DNA from: Tubiluchus corallicola
Taxonomy: Eukaryota; Animalia; Priapulida
Reading direction: 5' to 3'
Assembly: GCA_030141605.1 (NCBI GenBank)
Contig: JAQGDQ010000007.1
Coordinates: 1,351,173 to 1,415,172 of the forward strand
DNA length: 64,000 nucleotides
A program made the position numbers and the translations under genes. This document shows, piece by piece, positions 41,112-54,412 of this stretch; the first letter of the stretch is position 1; every line of letters begins with the position of its first letter. The notes beneath the pieces are model-generated. The model worked only from the letters and a program-made list of their open reading frames with translations. It ran no database searches and was not told the origin of the DNA.

Positions 41112-42133
41112 AGAAATTGCAGGCTCAAATAAGTTAGTATGGGTTTATCTAAAATGTTTTTGTGAGTCACAACTTACAATAGTAATATTAAAACAATTAT
41201 GATCATTGCAAAATTGGTCAGTAACTTCTGATCTAGGTAAAATATAGTTTTCATAAATTTAACCAGAAATGTTAATTATAATCTCTATTTGCTGTGCATT
41301 TTTAACCCAGAAAGTTGTGAATAGCATTCTATTTTTAGATCATAGATTTGATCAGGAGTATACACTGTATTATTGTTTATACAGCCAGTAATGGAACACC
41401 ATACAGGACTCCTATAGTTTCGGTACAACTGTAGTTTAGTAAATAAATTGCTTGCCTTCTTATTTGATATATTCCAAGATTATTTTTGGTCATCTGTGGT
41501 GTTTGTAATGCTGTGATGTAATTTGTGTAAAATTGTGTGACTTACCACATGTGTGTGCAAATTGTTAAATGCACCAGAGATTCCAGTTACCTCACCGACA
41601 AAACTAAAGCAACTTATTTTTGCCTGTACAAAGCTTTTAATCAATTTTTAAATATAAGATGGTTATCACAAATGTCTAAACTATATTTTGACATCTAATC
41701 ATATTTTGTCTTCAGCGTTTAATAAACTTAGAGGTAATATTTATTTAATTTTTCAAATTAATTAAGTGTACAGCAATAATGGTTAATGACTTTTATAATT
41801 TAAATAAAGTTTCACACTGCAACAAAATAATAAAAGAATTATCATGAAATTTTTGTGTTTGATTTTAGTAATGCTGTATTAACCTAGTAACATTTATGTT
41901 TAAAATGAATTTCTTTGTTATATTAGCTTTTATGCAGATGTGTTTCAACATTAAATCAAACCAATTTGCTAAAACTGTAATTGGGCAGAAAAGACAACGC
42001 AATGCTGCAGGCAGTCTAATAGACAGGCCTATTTAATGTAATTTTTTATTGAGGAAAAACTTATCAGTCCCAACCTACCTATCGAGATTTTTATTCTTGC
42101 ATTCGTACTTTTCTGTATAGCTACTGTAGCACC

Positions 42134-45100
42134 TTAATGGTAATGCTTTTTCATTGAAATGACACTTTTGAATAGTTTTGCAATGCGGGCCAAGAATTCA
42201 TAGATATGCTGTAAAATTTCAAAGGCATCACAGATTAAGGAAGCAGTTTGTTGTGCAAAGTTGATCAGAAAGTTGATTAAAGTTTCAAGTTGTTCTTCTG
42301 TTAAAGTGCATCTTTCCGTAAACACTGCACTAGGACAAGTTGACGCGGTTTCCTGTACGCTGACTGTCTCCATTGTTATATCACCCCATGTGAACAGAGT
42401 GCCGGTATTTGAACAACTCGTGCTCATTGCTTCTGAAATGAGGATTTTGGAAAATTTTCAATTACATTTGCTATTACCTAAAGTATAAATTCTTATATGA
42501 TATTCTATTCTAATTAAATGCACATCGTTCACTTCCCACAGTTCTACTTGCAGCTTTACTGATTATAATCTGCAGGGCCCGACTTAATTAGATAAGAGAG
42601 GCCCTTGACTGTTCTACTTGTGAGGTCCATCCCAATGCACCACCATCGATTACGACTATAGAAGGGGAAGAGTTTTAAGCACACTTTAGTGAAGCCGAGG
42701 ATGATGAATATCATAATGACACTTCTAAATACCGTAGTTAGTAAAAAAAATGCATAAATAAAAAAAAACAATGACAAAGTTTTGCAAAGATTTTAAAGAA
42801 TTATTAGGAATTTTTTAGAAAAATTAGCCTGCTAGTTTATCTTCAGGTGATACATAAACTGATATTTAAAAGTCTACTGCTCAGTTCGCTACAACTGGGG
42901 CAGAAACTGCCGTCAAACTGAAATAATAATTAGCTTGCTTCTGTCACATCACTAAAATAAATCTTCAGAAGTTATTAGAAAAGAATAATTCAGGGCGCAC
43001 CCAGAGATATTATTGAATAAAATAGAAGGCTTGTTTAGAAACTAGTGCACAATATGCATAGGAAAGACTTGTAACAGTAATAAGATAATTATACTTTACC
43101 CTTACCAGAACCGGCCCCCTCCCGGATTTAATGCCCCAGCTTCAGCTTGTCTAGTCTATAAGTAAATCCGACCCTGATAATCTGCATTTTCATATGCTAA
43201 TACTTTGATATGCCTTTCAGTTTACGACATTGTGACATGAACCGTAATGAATGCGAGCAGAATTTTTATCAATTTTGCATATCATAGTAAGAGTAATCGT
43301 TTTGTATATAAGTAAAATCTGCCACAGTAATTACAAACAGTTTGAGATAAATATAACAGCTTTACAATAAAAGAGTATCTCTTTTCCAGCTGAATAATTA
43401 GTTTATTTACCTATTACATTTTCCTCTAATTTGCTGTCAAATATCGTAATATCTGTAACACATCCTCGAAAGCTCTGTCGTTCTTCAAAGCCGCTTTCCA
43501 CATCGTCTTGGTCTTGCCCAAAAATCAGACATCCGCCTGATTGGATTGAATCTGCGCCAGCTCCAGTAAATGTACTTGTTTCTATCGTTAAATAATTAGT
43601 TAAAACTATGTACAATATGTAGCAAAAAAGACAAAATGCAAAGGCACTGCCACGCAAATATCATTGCTATAATTTGTAAGTGACAATACTTAAATGAGTT
43701 CACTTTGCAAAAACAACAGTCTATACTGAGAGAACAGAATGAATAGCTGCAGCGATCACAGGACGTGATTAAACTGAACTAGAAACACGTTATCCTAACT
43801 GGATAGTCCAATAGTTGCAAACTGTAACAATATTTTTTAATATAAATACAGGATAATTATATCTTTTGAATTAATTATTATTATCACTCTCAACTGTTTA
43901 TGTTTTTTAATCTTTAGCATACAAAATTCATTGAAATTAATTTATACATGTTACTTCATTGATTTCCAAATGTGAAAACTCAATGGCATATGTGTAGTAC
44001 GAGGTATTATTTAAGAAGCAAGAGCTAAGGAGCAAGAAGCAATAGGCGGAAATAAAATAATTATTCGTCTAGTATAATGAAAAAACTAAATGGAAGTACG
44101 TTAGCACGGACCTGTTACTCCATCCACTGTTACGCAAAACGAACCGTCCATTGACCAGCCAATGCAAACATAATGCCATTCATTGTCCCTCAGATTGGCT
44201 GCAATATCTGTAATCGTCCTGCCATTGTAAAATAACGTAACAGCGTTAACTGTGTATTAGTATTTAATAAAGTGTCATTGCAGCATTTACGTGGTAAACA
44301 TTTCTATTCTTTCACGGTTTATTTATAATTGAATTCCATTATAAACTTGACATTTCTGCGGCAAGTGTGGTAGTATGGATATTATAGGTAATTTGTTAGC
44401 GACAAGGAAACTGAAGATCATATTAGAACATGGTATGCCATTGTTGCTCTTACTGATAAAATTATTGTGCTATACTATCAAATTGCACTTATAAAAACCG
44501 ATACACCATAGAATTTCTATACCTAAGTGAAGTGTTGTTCCGACAGATCGGTTCCCGGTATTTGCGAAAAATGCGGGTTCGGTATCGGTTTTGAAGAAAA
44601 TAAAAAAATCTGTGTTGGTTTGGTATTGGTTTCGGGGAAAATAAAAAATCTGTGTCGGTTCGGATGGGTTTTTCGGGTTCGGAACAACACTAACGCTTAT
44701 ACATATTTCAACAAAAACTGTGAAGGTCTCTCGTTGCGTAATTACTTGATAGCATTAGCAGCAAGATGTTTAGACATGGACAGGTAAACATCTCCAGTTT
44801 TGAAAGATATTTCCAATTTTCCACTTGTGAACACAAATGTTAATAATCTGCATTTATAGCTGATCTAAACAATAATCAATGATCGGTTAATCGGTATCGG
44901 TTTTGAGGAAATCATTATCTACTTTCAAAGAAAATCAATAATATATCGATTCGATACTGGTTTTGAGAAAAATAGGTATCGGTTCGGATCGGTTTTTTCG
45001 GTTCGGAATAACACTCCATATGCCAGCAATAAGCTAGAATATAATGATGTTTCAATACATTTCTAGGTATTGTTATACTACTTTCAAATAGATCATAAAA

Positions 45101-46088
45101 TTACATAATTATAGCCCAATTTGAAAGTTAAGTTTTTCTTGGTGTACCTTTATTTTAGGCTGTACATCAACACATCATTAACGACTCATTTGCTTGAATT
45201 TCACATTTCTAAGAAAGTGTCAGAAAGAACTTTAACATTTGAAAAGTTTTGACAAACTGTGTGAGACAAAAGTATAGAAGTTTTGAGAAAAGTCTGAAAA
45301 AGATCAAAGGAAAAGTTTTATTGTGAAAGAAATAGAATCCTATGTTAGTAGTTCGTAGTATAATCTCACTGTAGTTCTCCATTGACAAATACAAGAATGT
45401 CGTTTCCTCGAACTAAGACTAAAAACTGGTTAGATGCATCAGCCGGACCAGTAGCATATGATATAAGTGCAATGTCGTCATCTTTGGCCACAGTATCACC
45501 AGTAAATGGGACATCAGTTTTCATCCACTAGAAAATTACATTTATAGTGATATTAGAGATAGCTGGCGATAGGCAATAATGCCCCACTAGTCTTTATTCA
45601 CGAGGTTATAGGTAAAATAATCGAATGCAGCATTTAAATTAAATTAATAAAACCATTACAGTCCATTTGTTCAGTCACAAAATAGATAACAGACTGTCAG
45701 TTCACTAGATTGTCAAAAAGATTCGAGATTTGTGTGATTGCATCTTAGTAAAACATTATTTGCCTTGAGATTTATGTGTAATCCCACAGTATAACATAGT
45801 AAGTGATGAGTGAGAAGCTAGCAACATTTGTTGAAAACCTATAGTCTTCATCTCTTTACCCTTCGGAACCATAGTGGACGACTATGACTAGGATAAAATC
45901 ATTTCAGCAGCCTCGGCTTACTTTATGTTCATCTGATTTTTTTACAGAAATGAGGCTTACCATGCATGTTGTCATGGCGTCCAAATCAGTAGTGATTACA
46001 TTATTTAGTTTTATATAATCTTCTGTACCACGTTCCGGAAATACAACCATAGCCTCTTCTGTAGTGTTTGTACAAGTTGGGGTCAGAC
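42134..46088 (-). CDS. Pentraxin (CRP/SAP-like, LamG fold) domain protein with helical C-terminal extension, paralog 1; start exon uncertain
   Basis: Exons 46088-45961, 45527-45370, 44218-44112, 43581-43411, 42432-42134 splice in frame (about 286 aa). Motifs VFPERGTEDYIKL, MTTCMWMKT, LISYAT, WHYVCIGWS, VDG, IQSGGCLIFGQDQDDVESGFEERQSFRG. Possible start exon 46224-46170. Confidence 0.85.
44530..45014. mobile_element. Short TCGGT-rich MITE (44530-44692) plus a partial second copy
   Basis: TIRs AGTGTTGTTCCGA / TCGGAACAACACT; second right end TCGGAATAACACT at about 45014. Confidence 0.65.
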
Positions 46089-46689
46089 CTACAACAAAAT
46101 GCCTGTAATCTGATGATTCTGATTGCACTGAGGTGACATTGTGATTGATTCGGCATGCTCATGCCCAACTGAACAATAACGAAGAACACATTGGGACCAC
46201 TGGGACACTTAATTGCAAGCACATCACCTTAATATAATATGTCACATTCAGCTACAGTTTATCTTCTAGTTAGGTCCAGTGAGTAGCACGTTACCATATG
46301 CTGTCAGACTTACGTGCTAGGACTGCCAACCCTGAGTCCCGTCCATCGATTAGATTTTTTGAATCCCGTCCGTCTCCATAGTCCATCTCCGTTTCCGTGC
46401 TAAGAATGGCTAACTAAAAGCTGTTCTTTTTAACTTCTAAATGAGTGTTCTTTCGAGGCAGATTTTTGTTTTTAGTCATAGTAGAGGTTCTGTGCTGAAG
46501 TGTGCGCAAATTAAAAGAAATTTCTAGAAAATTAACATTAAATGACATCTATTCCAAGGCTGTTGGACTCGTGGAACCCATTTCTGTAACTTTCATTTCA
46601 AGAATGACGACCGCTTTCAAAATGGCCGCCATTAGACTAGAAGAAAATCATGAAAGGTGCTTCTATAAATTTCTAGAGGCATTTTTTCT

Positions 46690-48125
46690 AAAAGTGGGCA
46701 ACATAGCCAGTTTTAGCAAAAACCTGTTGCTGGCTTGAAAAACTAATGGAAAATGGTAAAAAATGCAAAAAATACAATGGCTGCAAAGTTTTTGCGCACA
46801 CAATGTAAATCAAAACAAGTTCCCTGAAAATTGATATTATGAAGTGATGATGACATCTATTCCATTGAATTTGCAACCCGTTTCTGTTATTTTTGTTACA
46901 GAAATGGTCACGGTTTTCAAAATGGCTGCCATACAAAAATAAATTGTGCCGATTAATTATATTACCTGTTTCACCTAAAGATTTATTATAAAAATATAAG
47001 GCAGGTTATTTTTATTAATTCGACATTGACTCTAAATACTGCTAGACTAATAACTAATATTTAGATGTGAGCAAAAAGGAAATTTTTGCATGCCGTGTAA
47101 AAGTTATAAAAATTTCGCGGAATGCTAGAATGTCAAGGTGATTAATTTTGGATAAAAAGTCTTCCAATATGGGCGCTATTTTCAAGATGGCCAACATGGT
47201 TCGCTGGCATATAAAGATTATATTACATAAAACTCAAACCCATCAAAGTGATCAATTTTGGATATGAGGCCAGACGAAAATCATTCAATATTGCCACGAT
47301 TTCAAAATTGCTAAGAAGATGGAAGGCTGTTGCCAATTTTTTAAAGCCGTATCTTAGCTACTAGAGCTTAAGTGTTTTAAGCTTTATTTATGGCTTGCTT
47401 GACCCCTGCATGACACCAAAGTCTTCTCATCTGTTCTAATGGTTAAGATATATAGCCTCTACATGCTAGCGAGCCATCGTGCTGGTCATCTTGAAAATGG
47501 CACCCATATTGAAGAATTTTTTATCCAAAATTAGTTACCTTGACATTCTAGCATTCTGCTAAATTTATAACCTTTACACGAAATGAACAATTTTGCTGGA
47601 CTATACGTCAAGCACGTCAGCGACAGCCATTATCTTTTTTGCTCATTTCTTATTATTAGTTATTAGTCTAACAGTATTTAGAGTCACAAGGTCGGCCGTT
47701 TTGTTTTTTACTTATTGGGCTGTTTGAATGGCTTTGTATTACTTTCATACTAGTAGCAGCTATCTAGATTCGAGAAGATCCAGTTGATTGGTTTTTGTTT
47801 ATTTAATAAATCTATGATAAAACAGTTAATGTAATTGCATGATCGGCATTATTGCTTGGCAGCAATTTTGAAAACGGTAATTATCTTTGAAATGAAAATG
47901 ACAGAAATGAGTTCCTCGCGTCCAACTGGATCCTTGGAATAGCTGTCATGTTGCCTTCTTAATGTTAATTTTGTAAACATTTCTCTTAATTTACGTTGTT
48001 TGCGCAAAAACTTAGCGGCCATGTTGTTTTTTGCGTTTAGCCCTTTCCGCTAATTTTTCGAGATGGCAACAAGTTTTTCGGATTCAGTGTAGTTAAATTG
48101 ATAAGACTGGCTATGTTGCCCATTT
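46690..48125. mobile_element. Large imperfect foldback / nested MITE
   Basis: Inverted pairs about 47094-47210 / 47463-47580, 47027-47080 / 47634-47687, and about 46692-46990 / 47790-48125; inner right end reads TAGTCCAGCAAAATTG on the minus strand (TAG terminus). Confidence 0.7.
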
Positions 48126-50149
48126 ATAAAAAAGCGCCTCTAATGTTCCACTTTTCTGAAAGTGAGACTAGACTATATATGCTTTTCCTAGTTACCCTTT
48201 ATATGTAAATCGCATTTAGAATTTATCCAAAATTTTACCACACTAGGCTTATTTGCGGTAAGTTTCATTTTAACGAAAATGTATAAAGCTGTAGCCCTTT
48301 AACTGCATGCAAGTCATTACACATGCAGAAAAACGTGTAACATGATAAAATGTTTAAGGACATCACAATAAGCACTGTAGATACACATTCGTGGAAATGT
48401 ATAAGCATGTGGAAGTGTATAACATTTGTGTAATCCTTATGTATTACTAAGTATATTAAATTAAGTACACTATTAAAGGGAAACATTAATATTAAACATA
48501 CTTTTGCATTTAATTTTAAATTCAACGAATTTAGCATAAAACCTTTCTTCTAAATTAAGTCTATTATACACGTACATCGACTAATGTTAAAAATATTCAC
48601 ATATTACGTGTTACGTAATTCTATCTGCGTCAGCCTGATACACGTATAGATGTGTCTACTTAATCAGGTCTACTTACTTTGAAGATCTGTCACAGAAGAT
48701 TCCACGAAGCTTTTATACTGAGTTAGATCGCTTTGTATAGAATTATATCTCGGGAAAGTGAATCTTGTAGGATCATATCGATCGGTACCTATGCAGTTAA
48801 CATAATCAAAATGTAGCTTCAGTGAAACAATACTAAAAATTGATTGATGTTTTCAAGCTGAAAAACATAACAATATTTTATCAGTCTTCCTATGACTGCA
48901 GATAACCGCTGAAAAAGCAAAAAACTCGCAGTTACCCTGGTTTACAACTTTATATTACAAAAGATAGTAACCAGAATCCGGAAGAGCCAATGGCTAGTTC
49001 GATATTACTGTTACTGAAGTAGCGTTACTATGGCTTCACACTTGGTCTGTAATCTAAAAGGGAGGCTTGCTCTAAATAAATAATACGCTAATACTTCATG
49101 ATATCAACTATCGATTATTTAAATTCATGTAATTCATGTTGTCAACAAATGAAATCGTTTATCTGCTTCTTCATGGTAATCAACACTTAAGTATATCTGT
49201 TAATATTCAAGTATTTAAGCTTGTAAAGAAATTTATATTTCTAACTAAGCTCTAATAGTTACTGTACTAGTTTACATTGATTACATAGTAACATTAATGT
49301 CTTTCTCAACATTATTCTATGTATATATTTATGCTAGTAGTCATACTGTAATGCTTCTACTGTTTGTCTATTACCTGCACTCTACTAAGTGTCACATTTC
49401 ATTGGTGAGAACATTTAGCAGTTGTTAAAAACTGTCTGTTCAAGCCATATTGCAATATTTCTTATTCAACAAAATATGTTTAAACTGTAAATGTAAAAAT
49501 TTACAGTGTGTAAATGTAAAAACTTTAAATGGCAGTAACCGCCGAAAGCCAATTATCGAAATTGAAAGTATTAGCAAATACAACCGGGCCTATTCTGTTC
49601 TACTATGTACTATACCATGTGTGGATGTAAAAATTTGCACACTGAATTTTGCTAAAGCATTTTCTGTTTATTTTATTTTCGTTTTCCAGTTTTCGTGTTT
49701 CACGTGAATGAATTTTACTGTAAATCATGTATCTCTGTGTCTCCTTCCCATTTGTTTGGTTGTTTAATTTATACCAATCGTTTATTTATTTTTGATTCAG
49801 GAAAAAACTAAATGACTTGATTTCGTCAATACTTACGTCGTGTATGAATCTTTACGGATGGATGTGCGCTTGATTCGGCAATAAAGGTCATTAAAATAAC
49901 TGCTGCAGTATTCAAAATTGTACAGCTGAACTACATAAAAATAGATGCGCAAAATTGTATATTAGCTAAATGACAGATTATAAACGTGCTGTCACGAAAA
50001 AAGAACAGTGGCATATTAGCTCACCTAAAACAGATTGCATAAAGAGGTAGTTGAATAAAAACATGTACAATAGTATACATCAATGGTAGACTGAAATTTT
50101 GTTCTAAAACTAAAACTAACCGAAAGAAAAAAATCGTCAAGGTCCAGTT

Positions 50150-51624
50150 TCAGAAGCAATGCGCTATGCTCGAGCTCAATTCAAATATTCTCCCCGAGCA
50201 TGTAAGAGGCTATTGTTGCTGACCGGATAGCCTACAGATGTATGCACTGTAATTCATATCAATTTGGGCATCCATTAAAAAGGAGTCGAATTCTAAGCAA
50301 CTCTCCTCTCGTCCCGCATTGGGCAAACCACTGGCGAAAAGCAAATATGTGATATGTGGAAGAACCACTACCAGGCACTTCTTAATTCTGTTGACAATTA
50401 CGATCTACCAATTAGGCTAAAGGAATCTCTGACTACCACCCTAAACAATGCTCCTGCAATCACTGTAAGAGAGGTTCAGGATGCCATGTCTAGCCTGTCT
50501 CACCACAAAAGTCCAGGCCCTGATCGGCTCCAAGCGGAATATTATACATACGCAACTGGGCTTCTACCCATATTGCTAGCTTTAATTTATATATCTTGCA
50601 TTGCTCATAGTTTTCCAAATGCACTCATGCTCTAAGTACTTGTGGCTCTTGTTAAAAACAACAACAATGATATCACGGACGTAAACAATTTCAGGCCCAT
50701 AGCTCTATCACCCATCAGTAATAAAATTCTTGAATATGTGTTACTCTATCAATATAAACATTGTATTCATGCTACACCAAACCAGTTTGGCTTCGTAGAC
50801 AAGTTGGGAACCGAATTCTGTATCAAAGTTTTAAAGAAATCATTGATTACTATATTTCCAGGCAAAGCACTGTGCACATTATTTTTATTGATGCGTCAAA
50901 AGCGCATGACCGTGTTAATTATTTCAAATTATTTTTTGAACTGTTAACCACCGAAAGGCCCAAAGTTATTATTCGTCTTTTACTTTTTTATTATACAAAA
51001 CAAAGTGTGTTAATTAGGTGGGGACGATACCAATCTAGTATATTTAACATTGGTAACAGTGTTCGTCAGAGAGGTATTATGTCTCCTATGTTATTTAACT
51101 TTTTGTTTAACTCTGTTATTTAACCGTCAGAGGGTTAGCTCTTCACAGTATGGTTGTCACATTGCTCATCTATTTACGAATCATCTGATGTATGCAGTTG
51201 ATGTCTGCTTATTAGCCACAACCACAACTGCACCTCAAAAACTCATTGATATACACATTTATTATGCTAAACAGCATAACATTATTATTAATGTCGAGAA
51301 GACTAAATTGGTCTCGACAAAGTCACCTGTTCATCTGTTTTTAAAAAAGTGGCGAATGGCTCCTGAGAAGGAACTTTGATAAAGCCCTCAAAACAGGAGA
51401 AATGCTTAGGGCATATAGTTTCTGATAATAATGCAAATGATCTTGACATTATTAAACAAAGAACAATTTATTATTCTAGGGCCAACCAATTAATTAGACG
51501 TTTTGGCAATTGCTCACTTGCTGTCAAGAAGTATCTTTTTAATTCTACTGCTTCATGGCGCCATTACAATTTATACAGTCAGAGGAAATTAAAAGTGCCT
51601 ACGTTAAATTTGTTTCACTTGTGA
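50150..51624 (+). mobile_element. Decayed non-LTR retrotransposon (LINE) reverse transcriptase, clade uncertain
   Basis: Frameshifted ORFs with KSPGPD, FRPIAL, QFGF, FIDASKAHDRV, VRQRGIMSPMLF, YAVDV (degenerate YADD), NVEKT, KCLG. Confidence 0.9.
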
Positions 51625-52824
51625 AATCAGTTAATTAAACCTAATCAGAAAGACGGTCAGAAGAATATCGCAAACGCAGATCCAGGGCTTCAGCGTTTTT
51701 TTCTGTGCAAACCAGCATCCTACACACAAAGGCAGAGCTTTTCAAATCTCGGTGATTTATCAAACCAATTTACTTGATGCACACGCATACACAGCAGTTC
51801 TCACAGTTTTGAAACACAAACTTTGAGAACGTAAGCTCTACTTGTAGTGGCTTCAAGGACGTCTGCCGCACTTGCGCTTTTAGCTAGCTAGTATAGTAGA
51901 ATTAGTATTCCAACTTTGTTTTTTAAACACTTTTAACTGCAGTTTGTTTTCAGCAAACTAAAAGCAAATTACACATCAATAATGTTTGCGTTGTTCCAAT
52001 ATATTTGAACTGGAGGAATAATTCTTTCGACCTACCTTTAAACTGGTTTTAAACTCAAAAAATACAAACACCATTATTGATTTATTGCTTGGTATTTATT
52101 TTGCTGACAGAACTCTAGAATAGCCTCTATATCAGACTCACAGGTCAACACTGATAGTGTATTAGGGTACAAACTTCGTTCTAGGCATTGGCTAATATGC
52201 AGGAAAATAAATGCAAATCGGTTGATAAGAATCTTTGAAAATTACTGAAAAGAAAGATTACAATTGATAATTGTAAGATATTCCCTGTTGGTGCTAACAG
52301 TAGAGCCTTTTGCAGGTTAGTAGGTATACGTCCCTTTTTAAGATTTAGGTTGGCTATTATTTATTTGTTATTGTATTCAAGACCGTGAAAACAAAAAATA
52401 CGGAACTAAGTGAGTATTATCCAATGTTCACTTCCTTATTAAATTTACGCAGATGAAGTATAGAGTAAGCGGTATATAATAAGGCATCTCAAACATAGAA
52501 ACAGGGTATAGGTATATCTCTTACAGAACACCCCTTTCCCACACACAGGGTCTGTGTTTTTATTGTAAAACTCTGCAGCACAGAGCTACTTTTAATGCAT
52601 TTTTGCTGCTAAACAGAATGATCTATCGATGTCTTAAAGCAGTACATGTACTGTATTTGCTTACAATCTGGTCGTAATTAGAATGGCCTAAATTGTTCTG
52701 ACTGAAATTCGATAAAGTCTTAAAATTTTATGACAAGCTGTGAGAAATTTCCTCAACTTAACATTTCTCTATCTAATGAATAGGTCGGTGAGGTCAATTG
52801 TTGAAACACAGCAAGTCGACAGTG

Positions 52825-53812
52825 TGGCTGTAAACAGGTATAAGAAAAAGTGGCGCAGATAAAAATGGCACATGAAAAAATGCCATAAATGGAAAAATAG
52901 AAAAATGTGTCATATGTTATTTTGATGCATTTGATTTCTGTAATAAAACCAGAAGGCGCTTTCAGTAGGAATCTTTACGCCAAAGCCTGTTCTATGCCAA
53001 AACCGAATAACCCTAAACTTGTTCTCTAATTTTTTTTTGATTAAAAAACTTAAAACAAAGATGAACAAGCAAACATACAAAAATGTATCTGTATTGGTAT
53101 TATATAGACTAGCAAAAATTTGGCGAAGTTAATAGATTGACATACATACGTACTTAGATGGCAAGTCAGCTTATAAGACTATACACATCGAAAAATCTAG
53201 ACCTAGATCTAGATTTAAATCTAGCAAGTGAGAATGTCTCTCGGAACTTGGAACTAACTAAATCTAGCTGAGACCTACACGAAGTGCTTCACGAATGTTT
53301 TTTGTAACTGGTGTTAGGATCGAGTTTTGCGAAAACAATCTAGATCTAGATTTAGCAAGCGAGTATTTCTCTAAATAGAACCTAGACCTAACTGATATTT
53401 GTGTGTCCTAGCGGAGATAATAAAAAAGAAGTATTAAACACTCCATCTGAGACCTCCACGAAGTGCTTCACAAATGCTTTTTGTAGATGGTGTTACGATC
53501 GACTTTTGCCAAAAAAGTGCCCATTTTGGCATCCTATACAAAGTTTCGTGTAAATTTCTTTACTTAGTTTTTGCGTAATACTATGTTTAGTGTTTAGGCT
53601 TACTATGACCGACAAAAAACTACCAAACAACCCCCACGGTGTTGAAGCATAACTTCCTTGGCAGAGGTAAAAATAAGTAAAATAATAATCCTTTTCAGTA
53701 ACCCTAACCCTAAACTCATATTTTACTAAAAGTGTCATTTTCTTTGTGCCATATATTTACCATGCTGTTTTTACTGTGCTATTTTTCATAGGACATTTTT
53801 ACCTACATTCAG
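52825..53812. mobile_element. Non-autonomous element with AAAAATGGCAC-type subterminal repeats and internal duplication
   Basis: Inverted AAAAATGGCAC-like arrays at both ends; internal TCTAGATCTAGA motifs and a duplication of about 70 bp; 52825-53120 resembles 31740-32010. Confidence 0.55.
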
Positions 53813-54412
53813 TTGGCATAATTAACCTGTAACTACATTTTTTGTTGCCTGTCGTTGGACGAAAGCCTCTAATGTGAAAAGAATTGGTTGTCTTTTAATA
53901 TTTTTGAAATTCACCACATTAAGCACTTTTCCCTTCATTTCTTAAAATCTTCAGAGACTGTTATGAATCCTTGCTGACGCTTCGCGTATACAGTGGCCCA
54001 ACGTGGCGTTTTTATCCTACTATTGTTACTGTTTACAATTTAAATGTATTTTAACTGGTATTCTGGAGCAGTTTGATAAGACGCAATATGAAGTATGAAG
54101 CTCGACATCTTCTAGTGTTGCGACCTGTTGAAACATCATAGCTCGCTTGTTATCTCTAAATTCTACACATTTTCTGAAGATGCTAAATGACTGTGTAGTT
54201 ATAACACCTTTATTTGTACTAGAATTTAAAATACATGGTACACGAGCAAAAATGAAAATGCAAAAGTCAGACTCTGTAAATTTTTATTTACTGAAATTCA
54301 TACGACCTCTATCCTTCCAGAACTTTGGATAAAAATGTACAAGTGTTTTTTAAATGAGTACCTAACAGCCATAAAAAAATCAATTGACAATGTTACTATA
54401 GGCATCTCCATT

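Noticed and set aside
46089-46227. In-frame TGA upstream of the pentraxin 1 exon as selenocysteine or readthrough
   Set aside because: Both paralogs have a phase-1 acceptor right before GLTPTC (46088 and 63855), so the TGA is intronic
53700-53712. AACCCTAACCCT as an interstitial telomere
   Set aside because: Only two units, embedded in a repeat element
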